A stretch of DNA of 64,000 nt from Candidatus Firestoneibacteriota bacterium (GCA_903891415.1 CAITEH010000012.1:1136-65135), one strand, 5' to 3'; shown: positions 28,895-37,833, counted from the first letter of the stretch. The notes: generated by a model not told the origin, from the letters alone. A program made the numbers and translations.

Positions 28895-29881
28895 TCAAGG
28901 AAGTTTCCTTAACAAACTATTATTTAATAATATTTCAGCCATAAAAGCGAGCAGGGCGAGCAGTAATAACGGCAGGTAATGATCCGTGTATTCCGTATAC
29001 TCTATCCCTTTTATCTCGGTCTTTTCCATTTTATCTATCTGTTTGTAGATCTCTTTCAGGGCCTCGGAAGTCGTGGCTCTGAAATAAAGCCCCTCGGTAG
29101 TTTCCGCTATCGCACTTAAAGTTGCTTCATCAAGATCTTCCTTGATATAGACATATCTTTTTCCGAACATCGGGTCATCCACCGGGAAAGGTGCTTCCCC
29201 TTCGGTACCGACGCCTATGGTATAGATCTTAATATTAAAGGCGGTCGCGAGCTTGGCCGCGGTCACGGGGTCCACTTCCCCCATGTTATTTCTTCCGTCG
29301 GTCAAGAGAATTATTATCTTTGACTTTGCCTTGCTGTCTTTCAGGCGGTCAACGCTGGTCGCCAGGGCGTTGCCTATAGCCGTGCCGTCGGTCTGCGTCA
29401 TGCCTATTTCGACGCTCTTCATAAAATCTACAACCGCGCCGTAATCCGAAGTAAGCGGGCACTGGAGCAAACTTATTGCAGAGAAAACCACTATGCCCAG
29501 CCGGTCATTGCGCCGGCCTTTCACAAAATCCGCGGCCACCGTTTTGGCAATTTGCAGCCGGTTGGGTTTAAGGTCCTCGGCTTTCATGCTCCCTGAGGTG
29601 TCCATGCAGAGAATGATATCAATGCCTTTGGTGGAAATTTCCTCGGTCCTGAGGCCTGATTGCGGCCGGGCCAGGGCAAATACGAGCAGAACCAGCCCGC
29701 CGGCCCGGAGCCAGAGCAGCACCTGCCTTTTATTTGACGAAAAATTACCCAGACCCTTAAAGATACGGAAGTCAGAAAATAGCAGCGCGGCCTTATTTTT
29801 CCGTTCCCTTTCAAAATAATACCAGGCAGCCGCGGCCAGGGGAATAAGGAGCAATAAAAATAACGGGTTCGCGAATCTCAT
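28895..29881 (-). CDS. batA: BatA-like vWA-domain membrane protein
   Basis: 328 aa. It has the N-terminal MRFANPLFLLLLIPL motif, a vWA MIDAS (CMDTSGSM ... LLTDGRNN) and a C-terminal TM helix. Confidence 0.85.
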   Translation of the reverse strand: MRFANPLFLLLLIPLAAAAWYYFERERKNKAALLFSDFRIFKGLGNFSSNKRQVLLWLRAGGLVLLVFALARPQSGLRTEEISTKGIDIILCMDTSGSMKAEDLKPNRLQIAKTVAADFVKGRRNDRLGIVVFSAISLLQCPLTSDYGAVVDFMKSVEIGMTQTDGTAIGNALATSVDRLKDSKAKSKIIILLTDGRNNMGEVDPVTAAKLATAFNIKIYTIGVGTEGEAPFPVDDPMFGKRYVYIKEDLDEATLSAIAETTEGLYFRATTSEALKEIYKQIDKMEKTEIKGIEYTEYTDHYLPLLLLALLAFMAEILLNNSLLRKLP

Positions 29882-30858
29882 GCGGCCCCGCCTTGGTCCG
29901 GCGCGGGCAGAGCCGGCGCAGAAACTATTTTAGTCAGGTCCACGATGGAAACACCCCGGGAAAAATCCTTTTCTATCTCGTTTGACTCCGGCAGCATTCT
30001 GGCAAATTTTACCAGGTCGCACTCTTCCAGAAAATCCCTGATGACCGTCACTTCTTTTCTCTTAAGCTTCGCGGAAGCCAGCAGCTCTTTATAGGCCTCG
30101 GAAGTGGTCCTTTCCACGATCGGGAGTTCATAACGCGCTTCCAGATAGCCCCTGATAATTTCAGAAAGCAGGTAGTAATGCTCCCTTATTTTTGCCTGTT
30201 CCACAAGTTTCAATTCCCTAAGCTTGTTTAATCTTTCGTAGGCTATTTCATGCGGCGGCCTTGCCGGTTCGGTATTGACCATGATATCGCCTTTTTTCCG
30301 GGCCCTTAAATAACTGACAAGAAAATAGGCCCCGAGGAACAGAAGCGGAACTATTACCGTAAAAAACCAGAACCAGAAAGAATGCGGCAGGGTCAAAGGA
30401 GGTTTTATTTCCCGGACATCATCCTTATCCTCAGGGCTTGTTTTCACCGGCTCCACGTGCAGGACCAGCCCGGGGGACAGCACTTCTTTTTCCGCGCCGT
30501 CCTTCTCAGTATATTTCACGGAAATACGGGGTATGATATAATCCCCGGTCGTAAAGGTCGTTAGCACGAGCCGGTATTCAAGAAGGCTGCCGCCCCACCA
30601 GCTCTTGTAGGGCCCCTTTTGCACGTGGTCTTTGACTTCAAACGCCTGAAAATACGAAGACGGGTCTATAGGGCTCAGTTTTACCCCGTTTTTTCCTTTT
30701 ATTAAAAGGGTAAAGTCAACCTTGTCCCCGATAGTTATGCGGTCTTTGCTCAGTGACGCCTTTACCGTAACCGGCCCGGCATCAGCGGAAAAAGCAATAC
30801 CCGCAAGTATTAAAAGTAATGTTACCCGCTTACTTAGCCGGTTTAAATACTTCGTCAT
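29878..30858 (-). CDS. Membrane protein: BatD-like periplasmic Ig domain + TM + DUF4381-like cytoplasmic helical domain
   Basis: 326 aa with a signal peptide, a beta-rich N-terminal half, the TM helix FWFWFFTVIVPLLFLGAYFLVSY, then HEIAYERLNKLRELK... Its position between DUF58 and BatA is where DUF4381 proteins usually sit. Confidence 0.68.
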   Translation of the reverse strand: MTKYLNRLSKRVTLLLILAGIAFSADAGPVTVKASLSKDRITIGDKVDFTLLIKGKNGVKLSPIDPSSYFQAFEVKDHVQKGPYKSWWGGSLLEYRLVLTTFTTGDYIIPRISVKYTEKDGAEKEVLSPGLVLHVEPVKTSPEDKDDVREIKPPLTLPHSFWFWFFTVIVPLLFLGAYFLVSYLRARKKGDIMVNTEPARPPHEIAYERLNKLRELKLVEQAKIREHYYLLSEIIRGYLEARYELPIVERTTSEAYKELLASAKLKRKEVTVIRDFLEECDLVKFARMLPESNEIEKDFSRGVSIVDLTKIVSAPALPAPDQGGAA

Positions 30859-31759
30859 AGATGGTTACCTTCTCCGCCTTAAGCAATTGATTTATCAACT
30901 GCTGGTAGATTTCCATTTGTTTTTCCTGCATGCAGGCCCGGGCAGCGTCTTCCCGCGCTTCCGCGTAGGTTTTTTGTTTTTCTTTTTTATCTTTGTCTTT
31001 TTCAATAAAATCTTTTTTATGCGCTTCGTAATAATTCTTCAGGTCCGACTCCGTAATATTTACCTTGCTTCTGATCTCTTCCTCCAGGAGTTTCTGCACC
31101 ATAAGCCCCTTCTTCGCCTGGAAAGCCCGGTCAATAATATCCTTGTCATTTTCAAAATTCTTCCTTTTGGCTGAATCATACATCAGTTCCGTTGCGATAT
31201 ACTGCCGCAGGAACTCCACTTTTTTCGCGTCTTCTTTATACATGTCCTGCACATAGGCCGGAAGCTTCCTTATTTCGCTGTCCAGGTCTTCTTTGGTTAT
31301 CTGCCGGTCCCTTATCTTTGCCACTACCGTCCCCTTGGCTATCTGGGGTTTTTTATTAAGCGTTGAATATTTTTCCATCTCTCTTTGCGCGTCCAGATTT
31401 TTCCCCAGCCTTTCAAAACACTCGACCATCCCCATATTTATCTGCTGTGAAAGGTCGCTCTCCGGAAGGAGGAGCTTTACCTTGATAAATTCCGCGAGCG
31501 CGTTCTGATAATCGTTAAGGTTTTCCATATAGATCTTTCCGATAAGATAAGAAATATTAGCATTTTCCTTTTTTGAAAGCTCCCCCCGTTCCTGAAGTTT
31601 TTTAAACTCGGCGACCGCCTGTGCGTAAAGCCCCTTATCTTTAAGTTCGTTGGCATACTCCTTCTGCTTTTCGACCCCGAGCGCCAGCTTCCCGCCGCTT
31701 TGAGTACAGGATGCGAATATAAACAGTACCAATCCAAGTAACGCTATTTTTTTAACCAT
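30830..31759 (-). CDS. Lipoprotein with TPR repeats and a SurA-N/PpiC-chaperone-like helical domain
   Basis: ATG at 31759 with GGAGG RBS; the track TTG at 31771 would include the RBS. The lipobox is LVLFIFASC. TPR repeats (AQAVAEFKKLQERG...) are followed by a helical region reminiscent of SurA N-terminal domains. Confidence 0.68.
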   Translation of the reverse strand: MVKKIALLGLVLFIFASCTQSGGKLALGVEKQKEYANELKDKGLYAQAVAEFKKLQERGELSKKENANISYLIGKIYMENLNDYQNALAEFIKVKLLLPESDLSQQINMGMVECFERLGKNLDAQREMEKYSTLNKKPQIAKGTVVAKIRDRQITKEDLDSEIRKLPAYVQDMYKEDAKKVEFLRQYIATELMYDSAKRKNFENDKDIIDRAFQAKKGLMVQKLLEEEIRSKVNITESDLKNYYEAHKKDFIEKDKDKKEKQKTYAEAREDAARACMQEKQMEIYQQLINQLLKAEKVTIYDEVFKPAK

Positions 31760-31776
31760 ACTAACCTCCAAGATAA

Positions 31777-31910
31777 ATTGCTAATAACTGATTGCTGATA
31801 GCTAATTTAAGGTAAGCGGCAAAATTTGCCGCTAATATTTAATTTAATATCAGGCGGGTGCTTTTCCCCGCCCACATTTAATCAGTTATTAGTTATTAGC
31901 TATCAGCAAT
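31777..31910. repeat. Structured intergenic element: 16-nt perfect inverted repeat enclosing two GC hairpins
   Basis: ATTGCTGATAGCTAAT (31791-31806) is the exact reverse complement of ATTAGCTATCAGCAAT (31895-31910). Between them lie the palindrome GCGGCAAAATTTGCCGC (31816-31832) and the hairpin GGCGGG-tgcttttc-CCCGCC (31852-31871). Confidence 0.8.
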
Positions 31911-31922
31911 CTGCGATTCAGG

Positions 31923-32801
31923 TCATCTGAAGCGCAGCGCCCTTGCCCTGAAGAAATTTATCAGGGGTTTCACATAGGAGCTTCCCGTGGAGATATCTAC
32001 ACTGTCCACCTTCGCGCTCTTGAACAGCTTTTTGAGGACTTCCACCTCTTCCCACCTGGTTTCCTTGAATTTTTTTCTGAACGCGGCATCCGTGCTGTCC
32101 AGTACCGCCATTTCTCCGGTTTCGCTATCCTCTATTTCTATAAACCCGGCCTGCGGAAGTTCCTGTTCAAGATTATCGGTAATACGCAGGGCTATAAGAT
32201 CATGTTTTTTCGCGGTTATTTTCAGGTCTTTTTCAAAGCCCCGGTCCAGAAAATCTGAGACCAGAAAGACGACCGCTTTTCTCTTGATAACTTCATTCAA
32301 ATACTGCAGGGCCGCTTTAATATTGGTGGCTTTTCTCCTGGGCTCAAAGGATATCATCTCCCGTACTATCCTCAGGATATGCTTGAGGCCCTTCCTGGGA
32401 ATAATGACCTTTTCAATAGTATCGGTAAAACCTATCATGCCGACCTTATCGTTATTCTTCGTGGCGGAAAGCGCCAGCAGGGAAACCAGCTCCGCGGCCA
32501 TTTCATTTTTAAATTTTTCCGCGGTGCCAAAAAAGCCGGAACTTGAAAAATCAACAAGAAAAACCACCGTCAATTCCCTTTCTTCGACGAATTTTTTAAT
32601 AAAAGGCCTGCCGAACCTGGCGGTGACATTCCAGTCAATGGTGCGGATATCGTCGCCCGGGAAGTATTCCCTGACTTCGGCAAACTCTATGCCGCGCCCT
32701 TTAAAAATACTTTCATACTGGCCCGCAAAGGTCTCACTGACCAGGCGGCCGGTCTTTATTTCGATACGCTTAACTTGTTTGAGTATTTCCTTGGAGATCA
32801 T
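31923..32801 (-). CDS. DUF58 domain protein (MoxR-operon partner)
   Basis: 292 aa. FKGRGIEFAEVREYFPGDDIRTIDWNVTAR is the hallmark DUF58 motif, and the gene lies directly downstream of MoxR. Confidence 0.88.
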   Translation of the reverse strand: MISKEILKQVKRIEIKTGRLVSETFAGQYESIFKGRGIEFAEVREYFPGDDIRTIDWNVTARFGRPFIKKFVEERELTVVFLVDFSSSGFFGTAEKFKNEMAAELVSLLALSATKNNDKVGMIGFTDTIEKVIIPRKGLKHILRIVREMISFEPRRKATNIKAALQYLNEVIKRKAVVFLVSDFLDRGFEKDLKITAKKHDLIALRITDNLEQELPQAGFIEIEDSETGEMAVLDSTDAAFRKKFKETRWEEVEVLKKLFKSAKVDSVDISTGSSYVKPLINFFRARALRFR

Positions 32802-32832
32802 TTAAACCTCTGTTTTTTTATTTTTAGTATTT

Positions 32833-33022
32833 CCCACCACAAAGCGTTGGTGGGTTTCACTACCGTTCAACCCACCACAGAGCGTTGGTGGGTTTCACTA
32901 TCGCTCAATCCACCACAAAGCGTTGGTGGATTTCACTGCTGTTCAATCCGCCACAAAGCGTTGGTGGATTTCACTGCTGTTCAACCCGCCACAGAGCTTT
33001 GGTGGATTTCGCTGCCGCTCAA
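32833..33022. repeat. Five head-to-tail 38-bp repeats, each a 7-bp-stem hairpin (REP-like tandem array)
   Basis: The units are 32833-32870, 32871-32908, 32909-32946, 32947-32984 and 32985-33022. The consensus is YCCRCCACARAGCGTTGGTGGRTTTCACTRCYGYTCAA with stem CCCACCA/TGGTGGG. There are no spacers between units. Confidence 0.9.
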
Positions 33023-33039
33023 CTTCCGAGATAAGGGAA

Positions 33040-34029
33040 TTAGGGCACCTCTATCTGGTCGAATATCTGTTTGATTATATTCTCGGAGGTTATCTCTTCC
33101 GCTTCGGCTTCGTAAGTCACGATGACCCGGTGGCGGAGTATATCCGCGCCCACAAGTTTAACGTCTTCCGGGGTTACATAGCCCCTGCCGTTTATGAAGG
33201 CCAGCGCTTTTGCCGCCTGGATAAAATAGATACTCGCCCGGGGTGACGCGCCGTAAGCTATAAGATTCCTCAAGTCCCCCAGTTTATACTTCTCCGGCTC
33301 CCTGGTGGCAAAAACCAGGTCCAGCACATAATTCTTCACTTTCTCGTCAACATAGATATCATTGACCACTTTCTTTACCCTGATAATGTCCGCCGGGGCG
33401 GCCGTCTTTTTTACTTTTATTTCCTTATTCCCCGCCATGCGGTCTATGATCTGATTTTCTTCTTCTTTGCTCGGATAGTTTATCTTAAGTTTCAGCATGA
33501 ACCTGTCGGTCTGCGCTTCCGGCAGGGGATAAGTGCCTTCCTGCTCAATGGGGTTCTGGGTCGCTATCACAAGAAAAGGCGCCGGCAGGGGATAGGTAGT
33601 GTCACTGATAGTTACCTGGCGTTCCTGCATGGATTCAAGCAGAGCGCTCTGGACTTTTGCCGGAGCCCGGTTAATTTCATCCGCGAGTACAAGGTTGGTA
33701 AAGAGCGGCCCTTTCTTCATGGAGAAAGTCCCGTCCTTGGGGGAAAATATCAAAGTACCGGTAAGGTCCGCGGGGAGCAGGTCAGGCGTGAACTGTATCC
33801 TCTGGAATTTAAGGTCCAGCGCCGCCCCCAGGGTCTTTACCGAAAGCGTTTTAGCCAGGCCCGGAACACCTTCAATAAGTATATGCCCGTCCGAAAGCAG
33901 TCCGATAAGCATCCTGCTGATAAGATACTGCTGGCCGACTATCACCTTCCCGATCTCGACCGAGAGCTCGTTAATAAAAGCACTCTCTTTCTTTACAAGT
34001 TCATTTAGCTCTTTGATATCCTTTTCCAT
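33040..34029 (-). CDS. moxR: MoxR-family AAA+ ATPase
   Basis: 329 aa. It has Walker A GVPGLAKT, LADEINRAPAKVQSALLESMQE, and ATQNPIEQEGTYPLPEAQTDRF (MoxR signature). Confidence 0.93.
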   Translation of the reverse strand: MEKDIKELNELVKKESAFINELSVEIGKVIVGQQYLISRMLIGLLSDGHILIEGVPGLAKTLSVKTLGAALDLKFQRIQFTPDLLPADLTGTLIFSPKDGTFSMKKGPLFTNLVLADEINRAPAKVQSALLESMQERQVTISDTTYPLPAPFLVIATQNPIEQEGTYPLPEAQTDRFMLKLKINYPSKEEENQIIDRMAGNKEIKVKKTAAPADIIRVKKVVNDIYVDEKVKNYVLDLVFATREPEKYKLGDLRNLIAYGASPRASIYFIQAAKALAFINGRGYVTPEDVKLVGADILRHRVIVTYEAEAEEITSENIIKQIFDQIEVP

Positions 34030-34272
34030 ATCTAAGATCCTCCCGGGGTATGTTTTTGATTTAACGGTAAAATGCCTCTAAGCAGCTATTCATATTCCCT
34101 TAGTTACCTTATCTGTGTCCGCCTACGGCGAGATCTCGCCAAAATATTTGGCGGATCATCAGTCCTATCTGTGTCATCTCTCTCAACATCTGTGCCATCA
34201 GCCAAAATCCTATTTGGCTTATTCTAGCATAGTAATAGACATTTTTTCATCCAAAAATGTTCCCAATAGCAC

Positions 34273-34312
34273 AAGGTCCATAAGGTCTAAAAGTCTATAA
34301 TGTCCATAAAGG
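34273..34312 (+). repeat. Short array (about 4 units) of the 9-bp GTCYRTAAR repeat family
   Basis: The sequence is aaGGTCCATAAGGTCTAAAAGTCTATAATGTCCATAAAgg. The same unit occurs at 37834, 39275 and 52298. Confidence 0.7.
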
Positions 34313-34496
34313 AAAATGAATAAATAGGCAACTCTCTTTGTCATCCTCGCGCAAGCGGGATTCAGCATCTTTATAGTTGCTCAATTTCCGTCTCAGGCGG
34401 ATCTGCCTAAGGCAGGACATCGCCTGCCAATTGCCTCTAATAAATCAAGAAATTACAATTATTTCCACTCCTTTAGCGTGTAGTTTATTTCGCTCT

Positions 34497-34907
34497 CTAT
34501 TTTTTCGGCAATTGTTTTTCAACCCAAGCATAAAAGCGTATGGTATTTTTTTTAATAGCAAGCGCTTGTTTTTCCGTAGCCAAACAATCCAGATATTCAA
34601 CATTGTTTTTTTGTTTGATCACTTCTAACATATGTTTTTGCTGATGTTTTACTTCCGGAAGATTAATAAGTCCGGACATCAACTTTACTGCATCCTCATG
34701 ATTAGCACTGGAACTTACATATCCAAAATTAAATACAAGCAGTGCATCCAGAAGCGAAATTACACCATGAATCCCGCATAAGGCAGCAGTATCAAAGTCT
34801 CTCTTTTTTAAACAATCCTCCATATTCCTGCAAAATTCTCCGCCTTTTATAAAGTAGTTAATATATGTACTTTTCTCTCTTGTCTTTACCGGTATTTTCC
34901 TTGTCAC
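34497..34907 (-). CDS. HEPN-domain protein (partner of the upstream nucleotidyltransferase)
   Basis: 136 aa, overlapping the upstream gene by 50 nt. The helical pattern FIKGGEFCRNMEDCLKKRDFDTAALCGIHGVISLLDALLV is HEPN-like. I do not see an Rx4-6H nuclease motif. Confidence 0.65.
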   Translation of the reverse strand: MTRKIPVKTREKSTYINYFIKGGEFCRNMEDCLKKRDFDTAALCGIHGVISLLDALLVFNFGYVSSSANHEDAVKLMSGLINLPEVKHQQKHMLEVIKQKNNVEYLDCLATEKQALAIKKNTIRFYAWVEKQLPKK

Positions 34908-35529
34908 CGTATTCCCCCTTGAGTGCTTTTTCAGCTTTTTTCCCGTAAATTAATTCCCCTTTTTCTATTTCGGTCAAAATAGCTTTACCCGCTGCTTTTT
35001 CTTTTTCATATTCTTTTATAGTTAATACAAGCGGCGCAAGCATATTACCTGTCGCCTCCAGCATCTGCACCGCTAGGTTGCCGCATTTTTCTTCTACTTC
35101 GTTTTTTTCTTTGCCGCCTTTTACCAGGATAAAAATATCAATATCACTGTTTCCTCTCTCTTCTTTCCTTCTGACACTGCCAAAGAGTATCACGCTCAAA
35201 CTCCTGCTAAAGATCGGCTTTAAATATTTTCGCAGTATCAAACCGGGAAATTCCTTCTCTTGCTGAAAAAGATCTTTGAGAAAAATAACTACAAATTCGT
35301 TCTTCAGATTCAGTCTGTGCAAACCCGCCCGTCCGGCTCTTTTGGATAAGACAAGCCCTTCTTCTTCCAATTCTTTCAAAGCATTCTGTGCCTGGGTATG
35401 CGATATACCGATAAATTGCGCCAGTTCCCGCCCCGTCACCTCCGTTTTATAAAGACAAAGAAATCTGAGTATTTTTATTTTGCTGGGATTAGAAAATACT
35501 TTTTCCAAGACATCATTTAAATACACCAA
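34858..35529 (-). CDS. wHTH + minimal nucleotidyltransferase (MNT) fusion protein
   Basis: 223 aa. The N-terminal ArsR/MarR-like wHTH is KILRFLCLYKTEVTGRELAQFIGISHTQAQNALKELEEEGLV. The NTase motif is LFGSVRRKEERGNSDIDIFILV (GS...DxD). Confidence 0.8.
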   Translation of the reverse strand: MVYLNDVLEKVFSNPSKIKILRFLCLYKTEVTGRELAQFIGISHTQAQNALKELEEEGLVLSKRAGRAGLHRLNLKNEFVVIFLKDLFQQEKEFPGLILRKYLKPIFSRSLSVILFGSVRRKEERGNSDIDIFILVKGGKEKNEVEEKCGNLAVQMLEATGNMLAPLVLTIKEYEKEKAAGKAILTEIEKGELIYGKKAEKALKGEYGDKENTGKDKREKYIY

Positions 35530-35803
35530 ATTCTCCTATGGATACTATAATTTACATATGTCAACTATAGTTTACATTAAGAATTGCCCCCTGTCAACAA
35601 GATTTTATTCTTTTCACAACCGCTTCAGACTCTTTTCAATTTTGAGTACAATTGTACTCCATTTAGAATTTCATCCCCCGAATTCATGCTTAACAATCTA
35701 ATCATACAAGGAAAAGAACAGTTTTCAAGGATTTTTTTCCTTATTAATAAAGCTGCGTTCTATGTGAATATGTGATTATTAAGCTGATTATTCGGGAAAA
35801 AAG

Positions 35804-35812
35804 TGCTATAAT
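35804..35812 (+). promoter_or_regulatory. Extended -10 promoter candidate upstream of typA
   Basis: TGCTATAAT (TGnTATAAT) lies ~145 nt upstream of the typA ATG. The only -35-like element is weak (CTGATT at 17-nt spacing). Confidence 0.3.
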
Positions 35813-35956
35813 ATTAGGGCTTTTGGATGAGTATTTCTTTAACTCCAAATTAGAAAGGATCCTCGAAAGATTCTGTTTTCGTTCCGCAGGTTGCCTGTTC
35901 ACCGAAAGAAGAAAACACCAAATATTAGAACAACTATTTTTAATGGAAGGTAAAGC

Positions 35957-37822
35957 ATGAAACGCAACAATATCAGGAATGTCGCCATTATCGCGCATGT
36001 TGACCACGGGAAAACCACGCTTGTGGACGCGATGCTCAAACAGTCCAACGCCGTCAAGCTTAACACGGAAAACACCGACCTTATTATGGACAGCATGGAC
36101 CTGGAAAGAGAACGCGGTATCACCATTAAAGCCAAGAATGCCTCGCTTATCTATAAAGATATCAAGATAAATATCGTGGACACGCCGGGGCACGCTGATT
36201 TTGGCGGAGAGGTTGAAAGGACTTTAAGAATGGCGGACGGGGTACTGCTCGTGGTGGACGCGAAAGAAGGCCCGATGCCGCAGACCAAGTTCGTCCTTAA
36301 AAAAGCCCTGGAACTCGGGCTTAAGGCCGTCGTAGTCGTCAACAAAATAGACCGGGTGGATTCCTATATTGACGAGACGGTAAACAAGACCTTTGACCTT
36401 TTTGTTAAACTGAACGCGAATCATAACCAGCTGGATTTTCCGATAATTTACGCCTCCGGTATTAAAGGACTGGCTTCACAATCTGCCGAAGACCTGCTGG
36501 CAAAACTGGCGGATGAAAATACCGCTCCCGATATCACGCCTCTCTTTGATACCATAATCACCCATATTCCCGCGCCGGAGGTTTTTCCGGATGATACCTT
36601 TGCCATGCAAGTGCTGGCGCTGGCCTATAACAATTATAAAGGCCGGCTCGGTATCGGCAAGGTGAAATTCGGCAAAGTTACAAACAATGCAACCTGCTTG
36701 ATGATAAAGCAGGACGGCACTCGGGTCACTTCTAAGATAACAAGTTTACAGATGTATGAAGGCCTCAAACAGGTTGATGTTACCGAGGCGTCGGCGGGCG
36801 ACATAGTAGCCATCGGCGGCTTTGAGGACATTCATATAGGCGACACGGTCACGGATCCTGAAAATCCCAAGGCTTTACCGCCCGTGGATATAGAACCGCC
36901 TACAATCAAGATGACCTTCGGCGTCAACACGGCGCCCTGGTCGGCAACGGAAGGCAAGTTCAGCACCTCGCGCAACCTGCGGGAACGGCTGGCTAAGGAA
37001 CTTGAGACGAATGTGGCGCTTAAAGTGGACGGCCTCGATGACGGGACGGATACTTTTCTGGTTTCCGGCCGCGGGGAACTCCATCTTGCGGTGCTTATCG
37101 AGACCATGCGAAGGGAAAATTATGTGCTGCAGGTAGGACAACCCCAGGTTATTTACCACGAGAAAGACGGGGTCATGCTGGAACCTTATGAAAATGTTTA
37201 TATTGACGTGCCCAAAGAACATCAGGGTATAGTTATAGAAGAACTCGGGAAGCGCGGCGGCGAAATGCAGCATATGGACGCTTCCGGCCACGGGGATGTG
37301 CGCGCGGAATACCTTATTCCTACACGCGGTTTGCTTGGCTTAAAGAACCTGCTCATGACCCGGACAAAGGGGACAATTGTTATTAACAGCCTTTTTGATT
37401 CCTATAAACCCGTCCATGAAATTGACCTCAGGGACAATACTCACGGCTCGCTTATTGCCAATGAATCAGGTACCTCAAATCCTTACGGCCTGGATAACGC
37501 CCAGGACCGCGGGGTTTTATTTATCGCTCCCGGTGTGGAAGTCTATGAAGGCATGGTCGTAGGCCGGCACGCTCTGGATACCGACCTGGAAATAAATGTC
37601 TGCAAAAAGAAAAAGGCCTCTAATCAAAGGTCTGTGGGCAGCAGTGACCCTGTCGTCCTTCCGCCTCCGGTGGATGTAACACTGGATTTTGCCATAGAAT
37701 ATGTCGGGCAGGATGAACTCGTGGATGTTACTCCCAAGAGCATCAGGATAAGAAAAAAGATCCTGGGGGCTATAGAGAGAAAACGGCTCAGAAGAACAGA
37801 CGAAAAAATGAACCCGCTGTAG
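35957..37822 (+). CDS. typA: Translational GTPase TypA/BipA
   Basis: 621 aa. The sequence shows [53 protein letters not shown] and NKIDR, followed by the BipA-specific C-terminal domain. Confidence 0.95.
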   Translation: MKRNNIRNVAIIAHVDHGKTTLVDAMLKQSNAVKLNTENTDLIMDSMDLERERGITIKAKNASLIYKDIKINIVDTPGHADFGGEVERTLRMADGVLLVVDAKEGPMPQTKFVLKKALELGLKAVVVVNKIDRVDSYIDETVNKTFDLFVKLNANHNQLDFPIIYASGIKGLASQSAEDLLAKLADENTAPDITPLFDTIITHIPAPEVFPDDTFAMQVLALAYNNYKGRLGIGKVKFGKVTNNATCLMIKQDGTRVTSKITSLQMYEGLKQVDVTEASAGDIVAIGGFEDIHIGDTVTDPENPKALPPVDIEPPTIKMTFGVNTAPWSATEGKFSTSRNLRERLAKELETNVALKVDGLDDGTDTFLVSGRGELHLAVLIETMRRENYVLQVGQPQVIYHEKDGVMLEPYENVYIDVPKEHQGIVIEELGKRGGEMQHMDASGHGDVRAEYLIPTRGLLGLKNLLMTRTKGTIVINSLFDSYKPVHEIDLRDNTHGSLIANESGTSNPYGLDNAQDRGVLFIAPGVEVYEGMVVGRHALDTDLEINVCKKKKASNQRSVGSSDPVVLPPPVDVTLDFAIEYVGQDELVDVTPKSIRIRKKILGAIERKRLRRTDEKMNPL

Positions 37823-37833
37823 GGAAAGTGATA

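Noticed and set aside
31987-32805. 272-aa + strand ORF covering the whole DUF58 gene
   Set aside because: Its Ser/Leu/Phe-rich product has no motifs. The opposite strand encodes the hallmark DUF58 motif, so this is a typical antisense shadow ORF. The same reasoning applies to 38320-38991, 41039-41785, 42457-43287, 44175-44969, 50388-50993 and 56064-56861.
32833-33022. Possible CRISPR array (regular ~38-bp palindromic repeats)
   Set aside because: The five units are directly adjacent with no unique spacers between them. No cas genes are nearby and the array sits inside an operon gap. It is a tandem REP-like repeat, not a CRISPR.
32775-33246. The + strand ORFs 32775-33074 and 32923-33246, and likewise 39264-39617, as real genes
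   Set aside because: Their products are periodic translations of the repeats (HKALVGFTTVQP..., SIRSVRSIK...). They lack RBSs and overlap well-supported minus-strand genes.
35744-36193. 149-aa minus-strand ORF overlapping the typA start
   Set aside because: It overlaps the highly conserved TypA G-domain coding region on the other strand. It has no RBS or recognisable domain.
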